In this document: in pieces, positions 18,705-28,554 of the stretch | How the letters are laid out: each line of letters opens with the position of its first letter | Position numbering within the stretch: position 1 is the stretch's first letter | Origin: an uncultured Actinomycetota bacterium | Lineage (GTDB): Bacteria > Actinomycetota > Actinomycetes > Actinomycetales > Micrococcaceae | DNA: 64,000 bases | NCBI GenBank assembly: GCA_963722145.1 | Contig: CAVRLW010000005.1 | Span: 70,773-134,772, forward strand | Reading direction: 5' to 3' | Program-made: the position numbers and the translations under genes | Notes under the pieces: model-generated | Told to the model about the DNA's origin: nothing | What the model saw: the letters and a program-made list of their open reading frames with translations, nothing else | Databases searched by the model: none

Positions 18705-20816
18705 CTAGGCGTCCGTGCGGAACACCTGGACCACGGACGGACGCGGGGCGCGCACCTGGCCGGGCTTCGGCGTCGCGCCGGTGGCGACGTAGTCCGGGAA
18801 GTAGGAGTGCTGTTCGGCGTAAGTGCCTTCCTCGCCCGGGTGCTGGACGGCCACGAATACGGTGCGTTCGTCGTCGTGGATGACCGGGCCACAGGTCTCG
18901 GCGTCGCGCGGGACGGCGAGGAACTGCTCCACCTTGCCGCGTTCCGCACCCTCCAGGGTGACCTTGAAGAGCCCGTCGGCGTAGCCGATGCTGGAGGGCG
19001 CGCCGTCGGTGGAGATCCACATGTTGCCCACGGAATCGAAGGCCACGTTGTCCGGGCAGGAGATGGGTGAGACCTGGCTGGCGGGGAAGCCGGCGAAGTA
19101 GGCGGTGGAGTTCTTGGCCGGATCGCCGCAAACCATCAGCAGGTTCCAGCCAAACGTGGTGGAAGTCTGGTCCCCGGTTTCGGTGATTTCGACGATGTGG
19201 CCGTCACGGTTGAGCGTGCGGGGGTTGACCTCGGTGGCCCCTTCCTTGCCGGGCTTGCCGCGGTCCGCGTTGTTCGTGCAGACCACGTAGACCTTGCCGG
19301 TGTGCAGGCTGGGCTCGACGTCTTCGCAGCGGTCCATCTTGGTGGGGCCCACCTTGTCGGCGGCGAGGCGGGTGTAAACCAGCACCTCTTCCACGGACAT
19401 CCCGGCCACCTTGGACTGTCCGCCCACCACGAGGGGCAGCCATTCGCCGGAGCCGTCAAAGGCTCCGTCGGCCGGAACCTGGCCCGCGCCGTCGAACCCG
19501 GCGGCCGGGGAATTGCCCGTGAACTTGGCGACGTACAGGTCACCCTCCGAGAGCAGCGTGAGGTTGTTCTTGCGGTCCTCCGCCGTAGTGCCGGGCCGGT
19601 ACGTGCCGGCCGAGACGAACTTGTACAGGTAGTCGAAGCGCTCGTCGTCGCCCATGTAGGCCACCACGTGGCCGGACTTGGCGACGATCACGTTGGCGCC
19701 CTCGTGCTTGAAGCGGCCCATCGCGGAGTGCTTGCGGGGCGTGGAGGAGGGATCGAACGGGTCCACTTCCACGATCCAGCCGAAGCGGTTGGCCTCGTTC
19801 TGGTACCCGGGGTTGCGGGTGTCGAAGCGCGGGTCATCCAGTTCCCACTGGCGGGCAGTGGGCTTGCTGGTCAGGCCGTAGCGCTTGTCGGCGTCAGAGG
19901 TTCCGGGCGCGGCGAAATAGCCGTTGAAGTTTTCCTCGCCGGAGAGGATGGTGCCCCAGGGGGTGGTGCCGCCGGAGCAGTTTCCCAGCGTGCCCTTGAT
20001 GGCCCGGCCGGAGGGGTCGGCGGCGGTCTTCAGGAGTGCGGAACCGGCGGCAGGGCCGTCGAGCTCGTAGGTGGTCTCGGTCAGGAAGCGGCGGTTCAGT
20101 CCCGCGCCCTGGACGTAGCTCCAGGGCCTGTTCTTGTTCGCACGCTCCAACTCGACCACGGTCAGGCCGTGGGCTGCACGGCCGATCGCGCGGGCCTCGG
20201 CGGCGTCGAATCCGGCCGGCAGCATGATGGACTCGTTGGTGTATTCGTGGTTGGTGAAGAGCACGGCCCGGCGGTCCTTGGAACCAGCGATCGGCAGGAT
20301 GTCCGTGTAGTCGTTGTTGTAGCCGAACTGGCGGGCCTGCGCCGCGGCGCTCTGGTGATCGATGTCGAAGGCCGGCGAGTCCTTGAAGAGCGGGTCGCCC
20401 CAGCGGATGACCGGCTGCCAGGTGAACCCGGTGGGGACGGTGAGCTGGTCCACGGCGGCGTCCACCGGAGCGATGGCGGTGAACTGCAGCTTGGATTTTC
20501 CAAACCCGACCTTGGCGGCAGCGGCGAGGCCCGGGCCGCCGTCGGCGGCAGCCGGCCCGGCGGATGTCACCGCGTTGCCGAACGCGACGGCGAGCGCGCC
20601 GGCAGCGCCGAAGCCCAGGGCGGCGCGGCGGGACATCGTGGCGGAGGCGATGTCACGGAAGTAGCTGTTGGTGCTGGTGTTACAGACCTCGCCCGAGCAG
20701 GCGTTGTCGCACTTCAGCGCGCAGGTGACGGGGCTTCGCTTGCCTTTGGTGTGGCCAAGCATGGGGAGCAGGGAAAATTTGCGTCCGGAGGAGACAGACA
20801 TGGAGAGACCTTCCAT
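18705..20816 (-). CDS. phoX: PhoX family alkaline phosphatase, Tat-exported
   Basis: Tat motif SRRAALGFG, FGYNNDY, NHEY, NCSGGTTPWGTILSGEEN, GRFKHE, MDRCED, CPDN, AVQHPGE. Confidence 0.9.
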   Translation of the reverse strand: MEGLSMSVSSGRKFSLLPMLGHTKGKRSPVTCALKCDNACSGEVCNTSTNSYFRDIASATMSRRAALGFGAAGALAVAFGNAVTSAGPAAADGGPGLAAAAKVGFGKSKLQFTAIAPVDAAVDQLTVPTGFTWQPVIRWGDPLFKDSPAFDIDHQSAAAQARQFGYNNDYTDILPIAGSKDRRAVLFTNHEYTNESIMLPAGFDAAEARAIGRAAHGLTVVELERANKNRPWSYVQGAGLNRRFLTETTYELDGPAAGSALLKTAADPSGRAIKGTLGNCSGGTTPWGTILSGEENFNGYFAAPGTSDADKRYGLTSKPTARQWELDDPRFDTRNPGYQNEANRFGWIVEVDPFDPSSTPRKHSAMGRFKHEGANVIVAKSGHVVAYMGDDERFDYLYKFVSAGTYRPGTTAEDRKNNLTLLSEGDLYVAKFTGNSPAAGFDGAGQVPADGAFDGSGEWLPLVVGGQSKVAGMSVEEVLVYTRLAADKVGPTKMDRCEDVEPSLHTGKVYVVCTNNADRGKPGKEGATEVNPRTLNRDGHIVEITETGDQTSTTFGWNLLMVCGDPAKNSTAYFAGFPASQVSPISCPDNVAFDSVGNMWISTDGAPSSIGYADGLFKVTLEGAERGKVEQFLAVPRDAETCGPVIHDDERTVFVAVQHPGEEGTYAEQHSYFPDYVATGATPKPGQVRAPRPSVVQVFRTDA

Positions 20817-20943
20817 GGGGGTGAGTTGCGGTCGCGCTCACCCTTCCAGCCGCGGACGACGCGGACCCGTCTCCCGGGTGACGATCCGATGAACGGAAAA
20901 GCACGGCGCGGCGCCCTACAGGTCTCGCCCTACCGCACGCACC

Positions 20944-21981
20944 CTACAAAACGGCAGGTGCGGCCAGCACGGCGTGCACGCGCCGCAGCCGGTCCAGCCA
21001 CCACTCCCGGCGTTCCGGCGAGGCGGCGTGTGCCTCCAGCAGCTCCGGCGCCGGGCGGACGTCGCGGAGGGTGATCGCGCCGTCGTCCGGCACCAGGGGA
21101 TCCTGCGTGACATCGGCGGCGAGCAGGGACACTGTCCCCAGGCCGCAGGCGTACGGCAGCTCCGGCAGGGCGGCGGCGAGGGCCAGCCCTGCCCGGATTC
21201 CCACCGAGGTGTCCAGCGCCGAACTCACGACGGCGGGCAGCCCGGCCTGCGCCACGATCTGCAAGGCGCGCCGCACTCCGCCGAGCGGGGCCACCTTGAC
21301 CACGATCAGGTCCGCGGCGCCGGCGCGGGCCACTTTCAGGGGGTCGTCTTCCTTGCGTACGCTTTCATCCGCGGCGATCAGCACGGGGACTCCGGCGACC
21401 CGGAGCTGCCGCCGGACCTCGGCGAGGCCCGCGATCTCCCTCACCGGTTGTTCGGCATATTCGAGCCCGACGGCGGCGAGCCGCCGGAGTGCAGTGACGG
21501 CCTCCGGCACGTCCCAGCCGCCGTTCGCGTCCACCCGGATCGCGGCGTCGGGCAGCGCCTCCCGGACTGCCGCCACCCGGGCGGCGTCGTCGTCGAGGCT
21601 TTGGCCGCGATCCGCGACTTTGACTTTGACCGCATCCACCCGGCCAAAGCGGGCCAGGATCTCGGGCACCTGGTGCGCCGGCACGGCGGGGATCGTGGCG
21701 TTGACCGGGATGCTGTCCCGCAACGGCGCCGGGAACCCGGCCCAGCCGGCCTCGATCGCGGCTGTCAGCCAACGGGAGGCCTCGGCATCGTCATACTCGG
21801 GGAAGGGACAGAACTCGCCCCAGCCCAGCGGCCCGCGGAGCAGCAGGGCCTCGCGCTGCAGGATGCCCCGGAACTTCACGCGCATCGGCAGGCTCACAAC
21901 ATGGGCGCCGGACAGGAGTTCGTCGAGGCCGGGCAGGGGCGCGGCAGGGTGTGCCGGGGGGTCCATGGGGAGGGCGGGCAT
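20944..21981 (-). CDS. menC: o-succinylbenzoate synthase
   Basis: KVKV, RVDANGGW, EYAEQP, ADES, VVKVAP, VSSALDTSVG enolase-superfamily motifs. Confidence 0.9.
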   Translation of the reverse strand: MPALPMDPPAHPAAPLPGLDELLSGAHVVSLPMRVKFRGILQREALLLRGPLGWGEFCPFPEYDDAEASRWLTAAIEAGWAGFPAPLRDSIPVNATIPAVPAHQVPEILARFGRVDAVKVKVADRGQSLDDDAARVAAVREALPDAAIRVDANGGWDVPEAVTALRRLAAVGLEYAEQPVREIAGLAEVRRQLRVAGVPVLIAADESVRKEDDPLKVARAGAADLIVVKVAPLGGVRRALQIVAQAGLPAVVSSALDTSVGIRAGLALAAALPELPYACGLGTVSLLAADVTQDPLVPDDGAITLRDVRPAPELLEAHAASPERREWWLDRLRRVHAVLAAPAVL

Positions 21982-22323
21982 GGTGCCACTGTACTGGGAT
22001 TCTGTACCGGGATTCCGTACTGCGGTGCCGTACGGTGCCGTGCGGGGACGCGAAGCACCGGAAGGCAGTGCTGGGCGGCTGATGCGGTCCTTGATTGGGC
22101 CGGCGTCGACTGGGGGTGAGTCCCTGGTCCAGGAAACTCGTCGTCACCGGCCCCGCTCAAGGAGCGTAGTGCCGGGGACAAGCCGCGCCGGCACAGACGA
22201 CTCTATAGGTCCCGGTCCGGCCGGGCACGAGTAGCGATTACTCGCCTATTGGCGGGCACTACTCCCCCGCCGCATGCCGTGCCCTTCAGCTGGCACGCAG
22301 GGTTCTGTGGGACTCTTAATGGC

Positions 22324-23373
22324 ATGACTTTTCGGCAGGAACGCACCCCATGGGACCCGTCTGCCCGAGTCCAGAAAACACAGGCCGCGGACACACAGGT
22401 CCTAACGACCCGGCCGCCCGAAACTCAGGAGCGCAGGACTCGAGCCCGCCGGACATCGGATCCGCAGGCGCTTTGGTCCCCCGGCAAGGCCACGGCCGCC
22501 TTGTTCGTGCTGGCAACCATTGCCTGCGCCGCTGGGCTGGCCGCCACATACGTCTTCTTTGTCCGCACCACCACGGGCCAGTTCATCGACGAATCGGCCC
22601 TCGTGGAAGCGGTGGAGCTCAGCGGCACCGCGGGCAAGGCCGCCACCAAGTTGTTGGACTGGCTGCCGGCGCTCTCTGTGGTAATCGCGTCGATTGTGGT
22701 CGTATTCGTCACCATCCTGCGGCGCCGCTGGTCTGCGGCCGGGATCGCGATTGCGGCTTGCGTGGGTGCCAACTTGGCCACGCAGATCCTGAAGGACGTG
22801 CTCCCGGTCCGGCCGTACCGCGGCGTCGAGACGCTGGAGCTGAATTCGCTGCCCTCGGGCCACACCACCATGGCGGCCTCTGCCGCCGCCGCCGTGTTCC
22901 TGATGGTCTCGCCGCGCTGGCGGCCGCTGGCTGGCTATCTGGGCGGCAGCTTCGCCGTCGCCACGGGCGTATCCACCCTGATCAACCAGTGGCACCGGCC
23001 CGCCGATGTCGTGGCGGCCTTCCTGGTGGTGGGGGCCTTCATGATCCCGGCCGGCTGGCTGATCATCCGCCGGGGCCCGCGCTGGAACGTCTGGAACGGC
23101 TACGGCGGACACTGGGCCTCAGCCAAGGTATGGGTGGTGCTTCCGGTCCTCACCGGCCTTGCCGCGGCCGGAGTGGCGGCCTATGCCTTGCTGAGCATCG
23201 GGCCGACCGGGCAGGAGATCAGCACCACCAGCTACTTCTGGGCCGGAACGTCGCTGATCATCATCTCGGGTTACCTCGCCACCGTGGCCGGCGTGTGGCT
23301 GTTCGGCCTGGCCGCCCGGCAGACGGACGCCCGGCAGACTGACGCCCGACGGCGGGGCGCAGCCCTGCGCTAG
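22324..23373 (+). CDS. PAP2 family membrane phosphatase
   Basis: K...RP, PSGH, and WHRPADV motifs; multiple TM helices; C-terminal (ARQTD)2 duplication. Confidence 0.85.
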   Translation: MTFRQERTPWDPSARVQKTQAADTQVLTTRPPETQERRTRARRTSDPQALWSPGKATAALFVLATIACAAGLAATYVFFVRTTTGQFIDESALVEAVELSGTAGKAATKLLDWLPALSVVIASIVVVFVTILRRRWSAAGIAIAACVGANLATQILKDVLPVRPYRGVETLELNSLPSGHTTMAASAAAAVFLMVSPRWRPLAGYLGGSFAVATGVSTLINQWHRPADVVAAFLVVGAFMIPAGWLIIRRGPRWNVWNGYGGHWASAKVWVVLPVLTGLAAAGVAAYALLSIGPTGQEISTTSYFWAGTSLIIISGYLATVAGVWLFGLAARQTDARQTDARRRGAALR

Positions 23374-23392
23374 TCGCGCCGGCGCCGGCGGT

Positions 23393-24625
23393 TCAGTAGT
23401 TCCGGCGGTGCTTGAGGCGCGGAATGGTGACAGCGAACACCGCAGCGGCGGCGAGGCCGATCGCACCAGTCGCGGCCACGCCAGCCCCCAGGGACGCCAC
23501 GGCGGTGACGGCTGAGAGCAGTACGGGACCGCCGGTGGCGCCGGCGTCGGCCATGAAGCGCCAGATGCCCAGGAACTGGCCGCGGCCGTTGTCCGGCGAG
23601 AAGTCGGCCCCGAGCGTCATGTTCAGGCCGGAACTGATCCCGTTGCCGAAGCCGATCAGGAGCGCCGCCAGCATGAGCGAGACGAAGCCCGTACTGAGCG
23701 GGATCAGCACCATGGCCGCCCCCATAATGAGCGTGGACGGCACGGCCACCCATTGCCGGCCCTTGCGGTCCATCAGCTTTCCTGCCGGATAAAACACCAG
23801 CATGTCGATCGCCCCGGAGATCCCGTAGATCAGGGAGGCCTGGGTGGGGTCCAGGCCCAGGTGATCGGCCCACAGCGGGATGACAACCTGGCGCGAGGCG
23901 CGCAACGCGCTCAGCAGCAGGACCCCGGCCCCCACGCTCAGGAAGACACCGGCGTGGGACACCGCGATGCTGCGCAGGGTGGGCTGCTGCGCCGGAACGC
24001 CGTCGGCCGGAAGCGGCTTCGCCTCGAGGTCAGGAATGGTGACGGACACGGCCGCCGCGGCGGCCATCGCCACGACGCCGGCCCAGTAGGCCCCGCTGAT
24101 GCCGGCAAACTGCATCACGGCGGCGCCGATGAACGGGCCGATGAAGATCCCGACCCTGTTGACGCCACCCAGCGTGGACAGCGCCCGCGCCCGGAGCATG
24201 ACCGGCACGGCCTCGGTCAGGTACTTCTGCCTCGCCAGGCTGAAAACGCTGGCGGCCATGCCGACAACCATCATCGCCGCCGCCAGCACCCAAAGGCCGC
24301 CGGAAAACAGCGGAGCGACGGCCGCCGCGGCGAGGGCGAAAGCGCTGGCGGCCGCGGCCCCCACGATCGCCCAGCGTTCCCCAAATTTCAGGGTGATCAG
24401 TGACGCTGGCAGGTTGAAGAACCAGGATCCGAGGCCGATCAGCGTGACAATCAACGCAGCCCCCGGCACGGAGGCGCCAAGGTCGCGGGCGGACAAGGCG
24501 ACCACGGGCAGGATCGCGCCCTCGCCCAGGCTGAACATGAGGGCCGGACCGAACGCGGGTACGGCGATGCTGCGGAGGCTGAAGGGGGCGAGGCGTGTGG
24601 TGGTCATCCCCTTCATCCTAGGCAA
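23393..24625 (-). CDS. MFS transporter
   Basis: About 12 hydrophobic segments; GKLMDRKGR loop motif. Confidence 0.88.
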   Translation of the reverse strand: MPRMKGMTTTRLAPFSLRSIAVPAFGPALMFSLGEGAILPVVALSARDLGASVPGAALIVTLIGLGSWFFNLPASLITLKFGERWAIVGAAAASAFALAAAAVAPLFSGGLWVLAAAMMVVGMAASVFSLARQKYLTEAVPVMLRARALSTLGGVNRVGIFIGPFIGAAVMQFAGISGAYWAGVVAMAAAAAVSVTIPDLEAKPLPADGVPAQQPTLRSIAVSHAGVFLSVGAGVLLLSALRASRQVVIPLWADHLGLDPTQASLIYGISGAIDMLVFYPAGKLMDRKGRQWVAVPSTLIMGAAMVLIPLSTGFVSLMLAALLIGFGNGISSGLNMTLGADFSPDNGRGQFLGIWRFMADAGATGGPVLLSAVTAVASLGAGVAATGAIGLAAAAVFAVTIPRLKHRRNY

Positions 24626-24645
24626 CCGCTGGGGCTGTTCCTGGC

Positions 24646-25410
24646 CTAGGCGTCGAAGTGGGTACGGACTTCTTCGCTGGTGACGTTCCGCAGGACCTCC
24701 GCGGCCACTTCCCTGAGCTTCTGGTTCCGGTTGCTGGATACCCGGGTGAGGATACCCATGGCCTCGTCCTGGGAGCAGCGGTTTTGAGCCATGACCACAC
24801 CACAGGCGAGATCAATGGACGTGCGGTGTTCCATGGCGGCCTGCATGTCCTCGGCACGGGACTGGACAGTTGCGATCCGAACGGCCAGCCGCAGGGCGCG
24901 GCCGGCGAGATCGGCGAACCCGGCCGCCTCCGCGATGACGTCCTCAGAAAACAATCCGGTGTCCGCTGCGAAGAAGTTCAGGGCCGCGGCGGCGTCCTCG
25001 CCGATTTCCAGCGGCACGCCCAGGGTGCTCCGGCACCCGTTGGCGGCAAGCTGCAGCTGGTATTCGGGCCAGCGGGGGTCGGTGTCCACGTCCGCCAGCA
25101 GGACCACGGCCTTGGTGCGCAGGGCCTCGACGCAGGGGCCGGCACGGAGGCTTTGCTCAATGCGGTCCAGGACCACGGCATGGGGACTGCTGCCGGCGAC
25201 CGTCATGGTCCGTTTACGGCGCTGGAGCGTAACGCCGCACTCAATCTCGGCGCCAGTCGTGCGGCTCAGCGTCGCGGCCGAAAACTCCGCGAGACGATTC
25301 AGGAAGTCGTCGACGTTTTCGGTCCCCAATAGTAAGTCCTGGAGGTGCCGGGCGGCGTCGTCCCCGACGTAGTTGTTGGCCATGCTCAAATGTACCGCGG
25401 AGTCCTGCAT
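24646..25410 (-). CDS. GAF + ANTAR domain protein
   Basis: GPCVEA GAF segment; C-terminal RTSIDLACGVVMAQNRCSQDEAMGILTRVSSNRNQKLREVA (ANTAR). Confidence 0.9.
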   Translation of the reverse strand: MQDSAVHLSMANNYVGDDAARHLQDLLLGTENVDDFLNRLAEFSAATLSRTTGAEIECGVTLQRRKRTMTVAGSSPHAVVLDRIEQSLRAGPCVEALRTKAVVLLADVDTDPRWPEYQLQLAANGCRSTLGVPLEIGEDAAAALNFFAADTGLFSEDVIAEAAGFADLAGRALRLAVRIATVQSRAEDMQAAMEHRTSIDLACGVVMAQNRCSQDEAMGILTRVSSNRNQKLREVAAEVLRNVTSEEVRTHFDA

Positions 25411-25418
25411 GGGTGCGC

Positions 25419-26705
25419 CTAGACGTACCCGTCGACGATCGCCGCGGCGATCTCCCGGTAGGCGCGCCGCGTTTCGGGGCGGAGCACGTCGAGGGTGACG
25501 AGGTCGCCGTCGGCCACTCCGCGGTCGTGCGGGACCGCGATCAACTGGCGGCAGATGCCGGACAGGTGTTCCTCGATCGCGTCCTTGTCCACCCGGGTGG
25601 ACACCTCGTCCTTGTCGGTGATGACCACGATGGCGTTGCGCGCCAGGTCTTCGTAGCCGTGGCTGGCCAGCCAGTGCAGCGTGCTGCGGGCCCGTTTGGC
25701 GCCGCTGACGGCATAGCCGGCCGCGATGATCAGGTTGTCCGCCGACTGCAGGATGCCGCTCATCGCGTTGTGCGTCACGCCAGTTCCGCAGTCGATCAGC
25801 GCCACGGAGTAGTAGGCGGAGATGAGCTTGCGGATCCGCAGGTATTCCTCGGCCGTCAGCGAATCCGACACCTCGGGATCCTGTTCACCTGCAATGAGGT
25901 GGAGCCTGCCGGCATGGTGCATGTAGCGGGCCAGGGCCGTGAGGGAGTCGACCGACTCGATGTTCCTGAGCAGGTCCGTGATGGTGCGCGGGCTCTGCTG
26001 CTGGTAGATGCCCTCACCGAGGGCGCGTTCGACGAGGTCGCCGGAATCGGGGTTGGCGTCGATCGCGCACGGAGGATCGCCCCGGAACTCGGCCAGGGTC
26101 AGTCCGACGCCGACCGTGGTGGAGGTCTTGCCGATGCCGCCCTTGAGGCTCAGGACGGCCGTGTTGTAGCTGCCCTGGAGCTGGCGGGAGATGCGCCGGG
26201 CCAGCTCGTCTTCCTCACGCTGCCTGGCACTCGGGCCCAGGTTCAGGCCGCCGCCGGTCAGGTTGTAGAGCGCCCCGCGGAAACCGCCGACGGGCCGGGG
26301 CTTCTGCTCGCGGACAAAAAGGCCCGGGGAACTGATGAAGTCCGGCACGGGGGCATCGGCCAGAGCCGCAGCCTTGCTGGCCGAACGCGTGGAGCGGGTG
26401 GGCTGGGCGGGCACGGCAGGAGCGGCCTCGGGGGCAGGCGGCTTCAGAGCAGGATCCTTGGACGGTTTTGCAGGCTGCGGCCGTTCGGGCGCGTCGGCCG
26501 CAGCGGCAGCCTGAGCCCAGGAACTGCTGGGGGCTGTCGGGCGCTGTTCGGCTTGGTTGCTGGAAATGATAGGCATGGTTCCTGTCCAGGCATCGGAGTC
26601 GTCGCCTCGGCGGCGGTCTCTCCGACGCGGGAGTTGGGCCTGCTCTGCAGCTGCTTCAGCTTCAGCGAGGGCGTTGGCGGTCTTGTTTTCGACCGGTTCT
26701 GGCAT
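25419..26705 (-). CDS. MinD/ParA family ATPase with Pro/Ala-rich N-terminus
   Basis: Deviant Walker A KGGIGKT, DANPDSG, IDCGTG. Confidence 0.88.
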   Translation of the reverse strand: MPEPVENKTANALAEAEAAAEQAQLPRRRDRRRGDDSDAWTGTMPIISSNQAEQRPTAPSSSWAQAAAAADAPERPQPAKPSKDPALKPPAPEAAPAVPAQPTRSTRSASKAAALADAPVPDFISSPGLFVREQKPRPVGGFRGALYNLTGGGLNLGPSARQREEDELARRISRQLQGSYNTAVLSLKGGIGKTSTTVGVGLTLAEFRGDPPCAIDANPDSGDLVERALGEGIYQQQSPRTITDLLRNIESVDSLTALARYMHHAGRLHLIAGEQDPEVSDSLTAEEYLRIRKLISAYYSVALIDCGTGVTHNAMSGILQSADNLIIAAGYAVSGAKRARSTLHWLASHGYEDLARNAIVVITDKDEVSTRVDKDAIEEHLSGICRQLIAVPHDRGVADGDLVTLDVLRPETRRAYREIAAAIVDGYV

Positions 26706-26821
26706 GTTCGTTCCCCCCAGGGATCACAGCGCAGACCGCTGCAGTGCTCGATTGACATCGTTCAAGGAACAAGTCTAGGGGCAGTGATGAGCACACTTAC
26801 CATCACTGCCGATATCCTGCC

Positions 26822-27637
26822 CTAGCGGTGGGCCCGCGTGTCCTGCAGGCGCTTGATGAACCAGCGCGACTGCTCGGGGCCGTACGGCAGGATCGGGATG
26901 GCCTTCGTTGCGTCGTCCGGGGTTTCCCGGGTGGCCTGGATTGCCTGCCGGACCGCGGTGGTCATGGTGTTGGCCATGGTCTTGACGAACTGGTCCGAGC
27001 ACGGTTCGCCGTGGCCGGGAATCAGGAATTCGTAGCGGTGCCGCAGCGCGGAGAGGTGCCGGAGGGCGTCGGCCCAGTCTTCAGGGAAGGAGTCCTCGAA
27101 GGACGGGTGGGAACCCTGTTCCACGAGGTCGCCGGCGAAGAGCGTGGTCCCCGTGCCGACCAGGAGGTCCCCGTCGGTGTGGCCGCGGCCCAGATAGAAC
27201 AAGGTGGCGGTCTGTCCGCCAAGATCCACGAGGACGGGCTGGTCCTTCACGATCGCGTTCGGAACCACCAACTCGGCGTCGGAACCCTGCCCGGCCGCCA
27301 TCTCAGGTTCCGCGGAGGCCACGAGCCGGCGCTGCTCGTCGCCGTTCTCCTCGATTTCCGCGGCGCAGTTCTCGTGCGCCCAGAATTCCGTGACGCCGTC
27401 GTCGGCGAAGACGGCATTTCCGAAGTAGTGGTCGTAGTGGGCGTGCGTGTTGACGACGACCAGTGGCAGCGCGGTCTTCTCCCGCACGGCGGCCAGGATC
27501 TCGCGGCCCTGCCGGGGGCCGCCGCCCGTGTCGATCACCATGGCGCGCTCGGTGCCGACCACCAGACCCGTGTTGAGCAGGGAACCTTGAGTTGTCAGTA
27601 CGTAGTTGTCCGGACCGACCTCGAGCCATCGTGACAT
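26822..27637 (-). CDS. MBL-fold metallo-hydrolase
   Basis: THAHYDH, GHT, GDL, PGHG. Confidence 0.9.
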   Translation of the reverse strand: MSRWLEVGPDNYVLTTQGSLLNTGLVVGTERAMVIDTGGGPRQGREILAAVREKTALPLVVVNTHAHYDHYFGNAVFADDGVTEFWAHENCAAEIEENGDEQRRLVASAEPEMAAGQGSDAELVVPNAIVKDQPVLVDLGGQTATLFYLGRGHTDGDLLVGTGTTLFAGDLVEQGSHPSFEDSFPEDWADALRHLSALRHRYEFLIPGHGEPCSDQFVKTMANTMTTAVRQAIQATRETPDDATKAIPILPYGPEQSRWFIKRLQDTRAHR

Positions 27638-27882
27638 TGAATCTCCGTAATTCCGACGCTTTTCCGGCGTTGTTGGTGCGGTGTTGTTAAGCGGTGTTGT
27701 TATGCGCTGTACAGGCCTCGATTCTACCCGCGTCGGCTGGCAATTCCCTTCAGGGCATGCCCGTCCCGTCCCCGCGGCGGGTGTGCCGGCGCCCCTCGTT
27801 TTGGCCCGCGCCGCGGTGTAGCCTGTGGGCTACTTCCGTCGAATGAGCCAGTGCGCCGCCGAACGATTGGGGGTGGCTCCCG

Positions 27883-28512
27883 TTGAATGCCGGCACGTCC
27901 GTGGAGCGGATGGTGTTCTTCAGCGATGCCGTCTTCGCCATCGCCCTGACCCTCCTGGCCCTGGACCTGAAACTGCCCGAAGGCATCCCCGCGGAACAAC
28001 TGGACAGCGCCTTGAACGCGGCCTGGCCGCAGTTGCTGGCGTACGCCCTGTCCTTTGTCATCATCGCCAAGACATGGATGTCCCACCACTCCGACTTTGC
28101 CCTCATCCGCCGCTTCAATGCGAACCTGGCCTGGCTGAATCTGGCCCTTTTGTTCTTCATTGCCATGCTGCCCGCTCCGACGTCGATCCTCAGCGACTAC
28201 GGTGACGACCCCACTCCATGGCCGAGCGTTTTGTACGCCGCCAACATTGCCGCGGTCTACCTAATGCTGGCGATCATCTGGGGGTACGCGAAGCACGCCG
28301 GGCTCATGGACCGCGAGATGGCCGCCCACGTCCACCGCCGCATCTTCAACGCCCGCATGGCCGTGGCACTGGTCTTCCTGTTCTCGATCCCGGCGGCATT
28401 CGCCCTCAACGCCTACACGCCGTTTTTGTGGCTGTTGCTCCTGCCGGCGTCGTGGCTGGCGCGGTGGCTTTCCGCACGCGCGGAGACGAGCGCGGGGACC
28501 GCACAGAACTGA
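27883..28512 (+). CDS. TMEM175/DUF1211 family potassium channel-like protein
   Basis: RxxxFSD signature (RMVFFSDAVFAIALTLL); WMSHH. Confidence 0.85.
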   Translation: MNAGTSVERMVFFSDAVFAIALTLLALDLKLPEGIPAEQLDSALNAAWPQLLAYALSFVIIAKTWMSHHSDFALIRRFNANLAWLNLALLFFIAMLPAPTSILSDYGDDPTPWPSVLYAANIAAVYLMLAIIWGYAKHAGLMDREMAAHVHRRIFNARMAVALVFLFSIPAAFALNAYTPFLWLLLLPASWLARWLSARAETSAGTAQN

Positions 28513-28554
28513 CCGTGCGGTCCCCGCCCGTACCCGGGAATCAACAGGAGGTCC

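Noticed and set aside
24646-25410. ANTAR target dual-hairpin RNA near the GAF-ANTAR gene
   Set aside because: I could not identify paired hexaloop hairpins by eye; a covariance-model search would be needed.
25419-26705. Type VII secretion locus suggested by an EspI-like MinD ATPase
   Set aside because: No WXG100, EccC/FtsK or mycosin genes in the window.
27664-27703. Short intergenic tandem repeats (also 42592-42636, 58886-58927) as CRISPR arrays
   Set aside because: Two or three adjacent copies with no spacers and no cas genes.
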